Source: Nageia nagi (Eukaryota; Plantae; Pinophyta). From it: a stretch of 64,000 nucleotides of DNA. The stretch lies in NCBI GenBank assembly GCA_050084985.1, contig JBITNC010000001.1, positions 62,434,001-62,498,000 on the forward strand, given 5' to 3'. The stretch's first letter is position 1; each line of letters starts with the position of its first letter. The notes beneath the pieces are model-generated. The model made no database searches, was not told the origin of the DNA, and saw nothing but the letters and a program-made list of their open reading frames with translations. Of this stretch, positions 25,860 through 38,600 are shown piece by piece. Position numbers and translations under genes: made by a program.

Positions 25860-27250
25860 TAACAAAAGAAAAATAGAAAAATCTAGGGAATGATAAATAC
25901 TATTATAGAAATATAACCATTCAATTCTAGTATAAGATCAATAGATTTGGTTCTTAAAGAAATAAAAAATTCAAATGTTGGGTTATTAAAAAGATTAGAT
26001 TAAGTAAATCCTAATTTATTGAGCTAATATCAAACTTCCAAAGGTCATATGGATTAAAGCTAAGCTAGTGTAGTTAATAGTCTCTAGAATGAATCCTAAA
26101 TGAAAAGGTTAATGAATAGGTCCATCACACTCTTGATACTTACATTATTGAACTTTCTCTTGAGAATTAGATATCATGGGATATAGGTAAAGAGAGGTGA
26201 TTTAAAGACAAAAAATATTCTAAAAGAATCTATCCCAGATCTATAAAATTTATCTAATTGAGTAAGGGGTAACCCTTGATGCTCCTTCCTACTTGTAGGG
26301 AGGAAACATTGGGGGATATGGAGAAAATTCTAGGATGGTGAAGCATAGTCAAGGATCAAGGGTTGAAAAGGTGCTTATTTAAAAAAAAAAATGATTTACA
26401 AAAGGATATAATGGTTTAGGAAAAAAAGTTATAAAAAAGAGGATAATTATAAGGAAAAAATATCAAAATAAAATTAAATGGGTAAATGATTTTCTCAAAA
26501 AAGGACAAATAAATGTGATAGAAAGAGAAGATAGATGGAAGGAAAAAGAAAATTTGATGCCCTAACATGATAAAAAATGAAAGGAGGAAGAGATCATATG
26601 AGGTTCAAGAACTAAAAAGATCAAAATTATCTACTTGAAATACAAGAAAGAATTGCACTTTATAATGATGAAACCCATCAAAAGGAAGGACTCAAAACTT
26701 TGGCAAATGATGAAAGGGAAGGACTATAAGATAATTTCATAAGAAATGAACCAAAATGCTAATGCAATATCAATTAAAGATATATAACCATCATAAATGA
26801 TGATGAACATGGATGAAATCCTTAATAATGATACCCAAATGATTAGAAGTAAATTCCCATAAACAAATAGAGAAATCCATAGTAAATTGCCAAAAAATAG
26901 GAAAAGGAACAAGAAGAATAAAATCAAGAACTAAATAGTCATCATAACAAATTAGAAATAGATTAATAACCAACCAATAACCAAGATGAAATAGAAAATA
27001 AAGCACTCAAGAAGATCCAATCCATGAAAATATTCATTAATAATTTATATCTATACACACATAACATTAGTCCTATTATTAGTGATAGGATAAGAGAAAA
27101 AATCATTGTAGAGCCCTTTTAGAACAAGAAGAAAATGCAAACAATTCTAAAGGAAAATTGGTAAAACAAATCATAAAAAAGAAGAGAATGGTAATGATTC
27201 CACTCCATAGATAAATTAAGAAACAAAAAATAAGGAAAGAATAATTTTAA
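25860..27250 (+). pseudogene. Degenerate homolog of the unknown Gypsy 5' ORF at 12673-13800
   Basis: KVNE*VHHTLDTY...SWD and YLIE*GVTLDAPSYL at 26105-26300, followed by a K/E/N-rich tract. Confidence 0.5.
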
Positions 27251-27329
27251 TGGAATTCAACGAAACCATATCTAAACCTTGAAATTTAGCCCATCTTTGT
27301 TTTTGAAATAATTCTTGTAGGTGGACTAT

Positions 27330-28620
27330 TACTAATAAACCATTTATCTCACATAGATTATGTGATGATTATCTTCATACTTTATCTAGATTTCATCTTC
27401 CCAAGGTAAATACTAGGGCACATTCATCACAAAAGCTTGCCTTGCTTATGGTATCCCACAATGACCATGCTCTATTTTGTTTGAGTAAGGGTTTTACTAT
27501 TTTGAGGGTACTTTAAGAAATATTTTCATTATAGTTTAATGTATATCATTGACAATAGGTTGTAATCATAATCCAATACTTTATTTATTTTTTTAAATCC
27601 TAAATTTCAATGGATAGTTATGGGAACCACTTCCCATGTTGAGAGCTTAAGTCTCATTTTTATTTCCTACCAATTAGATTTTAGGATTAATATACATCAT
27701 TTATATTTGACCTTGATAAGTCTCTAAATACATTGAGCTCATGGTTATTTAAAAATCCTATTATTTGAGAGAGATCAATTAATTTACTTTTACCAAAATC
27801 ATTAATGTAATCAAAGATAATATAGTGATTCTAAATTTGTGCATTCATATTACAACCTTACTTAATCATATAAAAATTTTCTTACATATCCTCAATTTAC
27901 CTCTTTGAAATCTTAGTAATTAGTAGGTTAGGTTTGAAAGACACGATGTTCTCCTAAGCATTGTGAATTATCCTCTATTTATAATTTGAAGCAAGAAATG
28001 ATTATAGTATTAACCATTCATAGGTATATATACATATAGTTATTACCTATGGTCAATTTTCTAAAATACCTAATGATTTCTCTTCTAAATCATTTGATTA
28101 CATGTTATACATCATACATACATGTTATGTAAGGTCAAAGTATACCATTGTATCATAACTTGTTAGGATATGTTAACTTCTCCTCCTGCTCTCCTTTGTG
28201 ATACTTGATTACATTGTAATTCCATGATACATGATAAGTACAAATACTTCATTTGTATAAATCTTCACTCAATAAGCTCCATGGTAAAAAGGAGTCTTCA
28301 TAAACTCTCGTGCTATCCTCATTTCGTAGATTTTCCAAGGTTTGAAGAATGAGTGGTTGTAGTTACTAAGAAGATTTTATGAGCATATGAGGATCATGAC
28401 AACTCAACACTTTTGGATCCCAATGTATTTATATTTATACCTTCATTCATCCATTTGACACTCATTTACTTAGATTTTAATACAATTTATGGTCTCAAGA
28501 GGTTTTGTGCCTTTGGTGAAGCTACCTCCCTTCCTTGACCTTAAAGTGGGGTTTGTCAAAATATTCAAGAGTTTCCAAAACATTTAATATGATATTTGTC
28601 ATTTCTAAACTAACCTTAAA
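27330..28620 (-). pseudogene. Highly decayed LINE reverse-transcriptase remnants
   Basis: Weak motifs KMRLKLSTWE (~27640) and YKYIGI (~28420). Confidence 0.3.
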
Positions 28621-29019
28621 GCTCTTGATGTATTACTCTTTACTTCCCATAAATACCACATATTCATAAAAAGATATGAATACATAATTTAAATTCCATA
28701 CTTAAGTATATACCGACTAAATATGATCCTATATTAAATTCAAATCTAATTAACATAATCTTCCTTTAACTTTATTATAAAGGTATTTCTAAAAATTATT
28801 ATCTTTCATACTTCCACCTTTATTATTATGTCCAAGCTCACTTATTGTTATATAATTATTTGATTAACCCCTTTTTATACAATAAATATCTTTCAAACTA
28901 ATTTACTAATATTATTTATCCAAATCCTAATTAAAACCCTAACAAAAAAATCATTAGCACCACATATTATTAAAATACTCCTCTTTGGATGCTAGATATG
29001 TAATATTTCAAAACATTCA

Positions 29020-29661
29020 ACCTAGTATAGTCTTGCACACCATTATGATGGAATTAAGGTGGATATATGAAATGAACAGTTGCATAGAAAGTTATAATAC
29101 ACAACATCATCAAAAGTTTGAATTAAATTGATATATTAGGATGCTATGTGCATTGTAACATATGACCAAAATAGATATATGCAAAAAACCTATGTATTAT
29201 TTAATAAAAACAAACTTCATGAAATCTCATGGATACCATTTATAGACAAAGTGGATACATTCAATGGGTCTATGCCTATTGGATATAAAATCTTATGGAT
29301 TATAGAGTTTATACAAGAGAGAATATGGAAGAAAGAGAAATAAATAAATTTTATAAATCCTAATACACTATATCATTCATAGTGGATTTTGAAAATGCCT
29401 CATTGACATTGAGTCACACAAAAATGTGCTATGAATATACAAATGTAGGTGCCCTACTTTAAATGTAGTATCCCAGAAGGAATGGATGCATAAAATAAAC
29501 TAATAACTAGTAAAATGAGGACCTACACCTCACAAAACATGGATAAAGGTTGCATTCAATAAATTTCCAAACTTTATACTTATGGTGGGTGTGAGTGCAT
29601 TGGTAGACATATATGCAAAATGTGGAAGTGTTTGGTAAGATGTTGATGTAAATGTAGTTTC
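29020..29661 (+). pseudogene. PLS-class pentatricopeptide repeat pseudogene, left part
   Basis: VGVSALVDIYAKCGSV at ~29585-29632 (consensus SALVDMYAKCGS), then NVV-S at the insertion junction. The left boundary is approximate. Confidence 0.75.
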
Positions 29662-32065
29662 TGATTGAATTCAACGATTACATAAGCCAATATCATCTTT
29701 AAGCTTCTCCAACAAATCTAACATTCATCCTTCTAGTAAATTAATAATCAATCACACAAAAAATAACACATAATGTATAGTGGTTCCTCCATCTATTGGA
29801 AGTACATCCATTTTGAATCATCATCCTATTACTTCTCACAAAATAACTCTATTATAAATTTTCAAGAATTATTTTAAAAGAAATCTTCTACAATGCTCCT
29901 ACAAGAGAATTTCTAAAATATAAGCATTACCATGCTTCATAAAGTTACATAATGAGAGGGGTACCTCTCTATTTATAAGAAAAAACCCACCCTTTAATGT
30001 TCCTTTAACCCAAGGGTAAGGTTAAAAGTGTTTCTACATTTATTCCTCTTTTTATATTTATTCTTTTAATGCTTTAAGGTATCTAAAGATACTTTAAGTA
30101 TTAATTGAATTCAAATTAAAGAGAAATATTACACAATATTATATTACCATTTCTAACACTCTCCCTTAATGCAATATTGGGTAGAGATTTGAAAAGATAA
30201 AGAGAAAGAGTAAGAGAGAGTTCTCCTCCATAGAGATATAAGTGGAGATGAAAACTTTTACATTTTTGAGAAAGTAATAGAATATATATAGTCCTATAAT
30301 GGCTCAAATACTTAACTATTTTATCAAATGGTTTTACAATACAATCATTAACTAAAAAATAGTTTCTTTGTACAAGAGCAATTATTCAACAATATGTTGA
30401 CATGTTGAGCCTCCATGAGCCTGCATACTCAAAGTCACCTACAATCTCAAGAAGAAATATATAAGCTATAAGTAGCTCATAAATAAGATCAATTAGATAT
30501 ATTCATATAAGATAGATCTTATCTTTAAACTAATCAAATATACCAAGTCATCACATATGCACAACATCAAAGATGACATACATCATCAATTAAATATCAC
30601 ATGTGCACACTAAACAAAATGAATCAATCATAACATGATATCAACAATATTATATGTATACAATACTATTAGATGCATAATCAACCAAGTGATATAAATG
30701 CATTCTCAATTAAGAATATAAAAAATATCTTCAATCTTTATAAAAAAATGATTTTTGATTTATGTGTTTATTTGTTTTAGATCATTATTTTGTATTTTTG
30801 AGGGTATATGAAAGTGTCATCACATCATAATATTTCATTATTTAATTCACCCCCCTTGATGAGAACCTCACCAAACAAATACTTATGTAACCATTTTATG
30901 TCAAAAATGATCAAATACCACCTTGACTAAACCACTAATTCAAGATTTTCAAAGGCATAACCACTTAACTAAACAAAATTTATAAGCCACAAATGCCAAC
31001 TTGACCAAACATAAAGCTAAGATTTACAAAATAAAGCATAATCCACAAATGCCGACTTGATCAAACACAAAGCTAAGATTTACAAAACAAAGCATAAGCC
31101 ACATACATAAGTTCTTATCTATTTACAAACATGTTGATTTGGAGGTTTAAGTTATCCTTCAACAATAATATAGTATATATGAATAATAAACCATAAAATA
31201 CCATCTTAACTACCACATCAAGATGCACAAGCCACAAAATGGCAACTTGACTATGCTACTAGTTAAGATGCATATGATAGAATTTAGTAGCATTAATCCA
31301 ATAACATGGATTCAAATTCTATAGAAAAAATTGTAATTTTAGAGAAGGGAGAACCTTTTTAACCATTCTAATAATGTGTAAATAATCCATCATCATGGAT
31401 ATAACTTTTTAGCATGAAAGTAAAAATATGGTAAATAGTGCACTATAAGTCATTATGAAGATGCCAAGCCAATACTTATAGTCATCATGAAATAAGAATT
31501 CAAAAATGCTCTTAGATTTGTGGTGCACTATAAGTCATCATGAAGATGTAAAGATAATAATTATAGTCAACCAAAAATTTAAAATATGATTTGATACCAC
31601 TTGATGGAATTGAAGGATTCTATAAACCAAGATCACCTTGAAGCTTCTCTAACAAATCTAACATTTATCCTTCTAGCAAAGTATTAATCAATTATAAAAC
31701 AATTAACACATCATGTATAGTGGTTCCTCCATATATTGGGAGTACATCTATTTTGAACCATCATTCTATTACTTTTCATAATATAACTCTCCTACAAATT
31801 ATCAATAATTCTTTTACAAAGCTCCTACAAGAGCATACCTATAATATAAGCATTACCATGCTTCATCAAGTTACATAATGAGAGGGGTGTCTATCTATTT
31901 ATAAGAAGAAACCCACCCAAGATTAAAGTTAAAGGTGTTTCTATATTTATTCCTCTTTCTATATTTATTCTCTTAATGCTTAAAGGTATCTAAAGATACC
32001 TCAAGCATTAAGTGAATTTACATTAAAGAGAAATATTACACAATATTACATTATAATTTCTAATA
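29662..32065 (-). mobile_element. 2.4-kb non-autonomous Copia-derived LTR element
   Basis: LTRs 29662-30158 and 31602-32065. Perfect TSD GTTTC (29657-29661 / 32066-32070). PBS TGGTATCAAA (31590-31599, minus). PPT at 30159-30167. Non-coding interior with ~53-bp and ~83-bp tandem repeats. Confidence 0.9.
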
Positions 32066-32520
32066 GTTTCCTTGAATGCAAGGGTACAAGATGGATATGA
32101 TGAAAGCACTTGTGAAACATTTGACAAGCACTTGATCCAAATGCGATCTTATGAAAATACAATTATTAGGAGTAAGCTAGGCTATGTAATCTTTGCCAAC
32201 ATTCTTCCAACATGTGCCATCATAAGAGCTCCAGAAGAAGTATGAAGATTCAATAGAGAGTAGTTGACAATGGTTTCTCATCAATTATTATGTTCATGAG
32301 TGCCTTGATAGCATAAAATGTGGAAAAATATGCAAGGCTTGGATTAGTCATACCAAAATTTAAGTAGATACAAATGTTCAACATAGAGCCAAACTCTACA
32401 ACCTTGAATAGTATTTTTTTTTAAATGAGTCATAATTTGTAAGGCTCAATCATAGCAAGAGATACAAAATGGGTTCTCTAAAATGTTGAAGCATTTAAAC
32501 AAATGCAAGTGTAATTTTCT
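32066..32520 (+). pseudogene. PLS-class PPR pseudogene, right part
   Basis: Continues as (S)LNA, then IFANILPTCAIIRAPEE, RVVDNGFSS..MSALI, KCGKICKA, EPNSTT and AFKQMQ. Confidence 0.75.
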
Positions 32521-33449
32521 ATGCTACCATGGAAACTTGAAGTTCCAACAAATAAGATCAAACATGCTAACATGGTCTAAACAAATACCTTAATACTTTA
32601 TAATCCCTTTGACATAAAGATGATCATAGAGTAACCATAAATGAAGCCTTGGGAGTGATGATATAGCACATGAATAGATGTGAAATACCTTATTTTTAAA
32701 ATAGGATAGTAAGTTATATAATAATTGGCCATGTACTTTCATACAATCCAAACAAATATAGATTTTGTCTCTTTTCCTTTCTATTTATACATAGAGTACA
32801 ATACTTCACATGCAATATTATCAAGTAAATACAAAATAAAAGTACTTGTTGATAAGTATGATGACATGAAATAATTTGGACTCTTTTATAAGATCTTACA
32901 AATTAAAACTAATTATTTTCTATACCTAACACAAAGAAACAAAGTAAGTGGGCATCATATCTCAATTATTGTCACTAACTACCAAATTAGCTTGTAACAT
33001 CCACAAAGTGACACTAGCCCTTTCTATCTAGCACTTTTAAATTTCACCCCATTTTACTAAAAACCATTAGTAAGAATTCAAATTCAAAAGAATGGAATAT
33101 TCCTTGCCCTTTTCTAAATAAGTTTAAAAAATACATAGTAAAATTTTAACACTTATTTTACCTACGGTGATCCCTTCATCTTCCATGATAAAATCATAAG
33201 TGCACACATACACATCCACACAAAGCCATCATCAAAAACATTATTTTTTAATATGCATCTATATGATTTACGAGGGGTTCTTATGATTTTGTTAGAAATT
33301 CAATGCTAATAATTTCCTCTCTCTTAGCAATTCATTTCCTTAACCACTCATCTTTATTCCTTGGGATCTTCACCCTGGTTCTGTCACTGGATCAATATGT
33401 TACTTGTATCATATAGAATCTCGAAACCAACATCAATTTGTCATAGATA

Positions 33450-34650
33450 TGGTATCAAAGTATTATAATCATTTCATGATCTATTTTAAATTCAAATTTT
33501 TTGACAACATATGAACCATCATAAATTCAAATTTGAGCATGCAACATGGTCGTTACATGGAACTATTCCAACCTCAAATATTTACAAAGGAAAATCATGA
33601 ACCTGATGACATGATATTAATAAATATCTAAAAATATTATCTTGAAGCTTCACCTAGCCATGAGCTTTCCTCATCCTTAATTTCAATCAATGAGTTTGAA
33701 TTTTTATAAATAATAAAAATTTAAAAAACTTTAAAAGGTGATGAATTGATACTAAATTATTACATTGTTAAGACATGGAACTTGATAAACTACATTAACA
33801 AGATATATTTGAAACCCTTGGAAATTAATTATTCTATAGAAACCTAGATAGAGAGCAACCCCAAAATGGTAACAAACATAAAGAAGAGAAAGGAGGTAAA
33901 AAAATAAAATATTAAACCTCATAACCTAAAAATATTGAATATACTAAAGATTACCTCATAATCAACTTTCAAATTATTGATATTTTTAAAGATACACATG
34001 ATGAAGCATCTCTTTACACTAGAAAATTATGATTGGCATCATCATTTAGTCACTAAAAAAACCATCAAGATAAATGATTTCATAGCCATTCTTAGAGATG
34101 AATTATTATAATGGTATTTGAAATTCTCAAAATCATCCTCAAATCAAATGAATAAGATATCATAAAAACTTCAAACTACCTTCAAAGTAGAATAACATAT
34201 TCTAGATTCTACAATAAAGAGTGTTAGTAAGATTATAGACATGATTCAAGATACTTGAGAAATATTGTATGAATTTGATAAATAATTTAAGATTATCCAA
34301 CAAAACATTAAAGAGCATATGATCAAGAACTAAAAGATAAAATAGTTTATTTTTTAATCTAAATCCGACAATCCAAAGAGTTATGGAGAAAGTGTACCCA
34401 ATGTACATTGACACTCTTCAAGCATCAATTGAGATTGAATCCAATCTTGGTGATTTGAATTAGTTAAATCAGACTTGGTAGATCGGATTAAAAAATCAAT
34501 GAAGAAAATTGAAAACTTATCATATTAGAATATACCAATAAAATTCCCACTCAAAAGGAAATAATTTGGATGATAATTGGAAAAATGACCAAAATTAGCA
34601 ATAACAAATCTAAGTCACCAAATAGAGTAAAATTGCTAAATTCATAGTTT
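33450..34650 (+). mobile_element. Decayed Copia-like PBS and gag remnant
   Basis: TGGTATCAAAG at ~33450 followed by A-rich, gag-like degenerate coding sequence. Confidence 0.35.
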
Positions 34651-35646
34651 ATCCTATGGAAAATTTGTAACGAAAAAGATAACATAATCAAGAAAAAATA
34701 TGGGGTGTTATATATCACTACAAATGTATTGAAAATATTAAAAAAAATATGTATAAATCTATGGAAATATTTATGTCACTAATGCAATATCAATGGCATG
34801 TTTACAATAGTTTCACAATAAAAATACCTCATAAAGAAAGGGATGTAGCTATGGCAATTCTAAATAAAAGTATAAATTGTTATATACCATTAGAAAGGTA
34901 TTGAAATATATTTATTTAATGGTGTATGGAGATTTAAAATGGATCAATAAAATGTTATCATTTTTAGAAACATTATACCCTATTGTTAATAATTCTAGAA
35001 GCTATAAAATGTTAGTATGACAAAACATTGTTGGTGTGATGGAAATTTGAAAATAAAGTATGGTATATTATATATAAATGGAAAGTATTGAAACAATATT
35101 TAAAATGAAATAATATCCAAAAATTTTTGAACTTTATAAAAATGTTATAGGATCCAAAATATCATAAATTGCTTGATACAAAATCTAGACTACAGTTATG
35201 AAAATCACACATCATAGCTTGAGAAATGATTTTTTTTATTGCATACTATGCCAATTGATTATAGAGTAATTATAATGATATTATTTAAAATATTATACCC
35301 TAATAAAAGTATTCTAAAGGTATTACATGAAGATCAATAATATGAAACTATTACAAACTAAAAAAATTCTTTAATTACATATTCTTTTATTCTATGGTTA
35401 CAAAATAAGGGAGAATTCATTATTCATATTTGGAAATGCCACATAGTTAGCATCATATTCCAAAATTATTTCCCTTAATGTTGTGTGGGATCAAAATTGA
35501 GTTTCTTTGCTTCAAAAATTAACCTTTAGCCATATCTTTACTAAATATGTTAGTCAATTCATTATAGGTGCTGCAATATCTCAATCCAATCTATTTTTGT
35601 TCCATTATACAATGGATGAAATGATACCAAGAAGTATTCTACTTTT

Positions 35647-38600
35647 TGTAGATGTTTAAAAATGAATTATTACTTATTACTTATTAAATTATTCATTTTA
35701 TAGTATCAATTATATTTATTGTAAAAAGGGGATTAAAATATACCCAAGGCAATTTAATAAATGTAATGGACCATTGTGTAATGTAAAAGATGTCAAATAT
35801 CAAGAAAGACACCTCAAACTATGTAATATCCAATGATCTCAAGAATAAAAGGAGGCTAGGACATTGCTATAAAGACACATTAAAGGTAATGTAAGAAAGA
35901 TCATGTGAGGGAATTATAAATACCGAGAGAGACTTCAACAAATGCAAGATTGCACTATCCTACCAACAATGATATTTTGTAACACCACCTCTACATAGAT
36001 CTGTTAAACCCTTCATATTATTTTTGTATATCTTTTATTTTGTTCATCGATCTACTTAATCCATGTAGCTAGCAGTATAGCATCTTTAGGTCATTAACGG
36101 TGTGCATGTTTATGAATGTTAGGTGATGGTTGATGGATGGTATCTTATTTCATGTTTATGTAATTGCAATTAAGGTACATTATTTATTATTATTTTTTTG
36201 ATACTATATTTCTCATATATGCTTCAATAACATATTGTAGACAAATATGGCATCAATTTACTATTTATGCATTATTTAAGGACTACATTTTGGTGAACCT
36301 AACTATTCAATTTATTTTTCCTTTCTTGGCAAGATCTCATGAGAATTTTATAATGAATCTACATTGCTAGTAGCGTCTATAGTTTTTCCTAGTCCATCGA
36401 TAATGTTAAAATGGAAGAAACATTTTGATAAATGATTAGAGAAGTACATGTAATGCCCAAATAATTAAATGACCTAAAAGTTTTAGGGTAATTTATTGAT
36501 AGTGCTAGATCTTATCATAGTTGTATGAATTACTAATATTAAGAATGGCAGGACATCACATCAAAATGAAGAGGATCATATTTGTGTATTCATATCACCC
36601 TTATTTGTGGAGATACAAAATTTTCCCGTACCACCTGAGCATAAGGCCCCCAAGTTCGAGATGTTTAGTGGGAAATAAGATCCAAAATATCACCTTATTA
36701 GCTTTAAGGAGGAGTGCTTGTTAAAATTAAGGTAGAAGGAAAGGTTGATCAAAAAATTCTTCCCATGAAGTTTGAAAGGTGATGCTAGTAAGTGGTTCTA
36801 TAATTTTCTTGGAGGTTCAATTGATTCTTTCAATTTATTGGTGACATTTTTCATGGGAAAATACAAACATAATATCAAAGAGCAAAATACCATTACAAAT
36901 TTATGCATAATGAGACAAGGGGGTAATGAAACCCTAGAAAGTACATTCTATAATTTAAAAAGGTATGGCAATCTATTTGAAGAAAATTAGATGAAAGTGA
37001 AATTTGTACTATATTTAGAGATTCTATTGTGTCAATTATCAATTTACATGCTACTAGTAAAAAAAATATTATATTTGGAGTATTGATATAAGAATTATTA
37101 CAAAAAGAAAAAGTTTTACATGAGTTAGGGGAGGTCAAGTATGCACCTAATACTTTCCATGAAGAGAATAGAAATACATATGCTAAAATGAAAGAAAAAA
37201 TAGTACACATGGCTGATAGACCTACTTTTCCACAAAAGTTGCAAAGATCTACCAATACAAAAGATATGAAGTACACTTTTCATTCAACCAAGATTTATTA
37301 TGATTGATCTAAATAAAGAGGGATTATTGCAACCATTGGAAAAATCAGTACAAGATGATAATGTTACCATGGGGAAATTGAATACTTATTGCACATTTCA
37401 TCAAAAGAAGGGTCATGTTATGAATTTTAGCAAAGTATTAGAGGTCACCATATTAGATCTTATTGCTAAAGGAAAGTATTAAATTGATCAAATAGATTCA
37501 AATCAAGGAAAACTAGTGAATATAGTTTCAATGGACAAGGAAGTTTATGCTGGGTTAAGAAGAGGGCATCCAAGGCATGCTCCTAATCCAATCACTATAG
37601 AACAAGTAAGTATCCAACCTAATCCAAATATATATAGTGTTATTGAGCAATTAAAAACTACTCCTGTAAGGATTAGTTTATATGATCTTATATCCAAATC
37701 TGAAACACATAGGGAGATCTTATATGCTTTGTTCAAAAAAGAGGTACTTCCTACAAATATGCTTGCTATTATGTTCTCTAAAAAGCTTAGAGATATTAAG
37801 GAATGTGATTCTATCTCTTTTTACAAATCTAAAAAGCTTAATAAAGTGTTGCTTGATAAGTGTTTAGCTTTATATATTACACCGATGATTGATGGATGGG
37901 AATTAAAAAGAAAATTGGTAGATAATGGATCAGCTATTAATATATGTTTCCATAAGTTTTTTATTCAACTAAAAGAAAAAGGTGTAGAAATCCCTCCATT
38001 AGAAGAAGCTACATTTAGAATTAGGGCATATGATAGCTCATCTAAAAAACTAGTTGGGATAACCATAATTATGGTAACTACAGGAGTAATAATTATAGCT
38101 AAATTTTAGGTTGTTGATTTCAAATTATCATAAAATTTTTTATTGGGAAGACCTTGGCTTCATGATATGGATGCAGTCCCATATACAATACATGTAAGAT
38201 TAAAGTTTCAATTTTAGGGTGAGGTCCATATAGTGCTTGGTGATCTAGAGCCATATGCTTTCTGTAATGTAGCATATTTTGATGAATTTATAATGACGTT
38301 TTCCAAGATATGAGATTGATCCCTTGGAATAAAGTACACTGAGGGAAAACATAGAAAAATAGACTCAAATTACATGAATTGGAATGGGTACATACATAAT
38401 TGAGAACATGGATTTATTTTTGTACATTAAAGATTTGGGATGATCCAAAATATTATCTATGAAGGGCTATTAATGATGTTTTTTCTTTCTAGAAGGTCAT
38501 CAATGATATGGAAATAGTGATGATAGGGAAGGGTCTTGCTTTGTCACATCTGTATCACCTAGTCCTAATAAATGAATGAACGTTTGAATGAATATTGAAA

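Noticed and set aside
34700-35380. Degenerate TGTTATATACCATTAGAAAGGTATTGAAA-type repeats, possibly a MITE or Helitron
   Set aside because: No termini or TSD could be defined.
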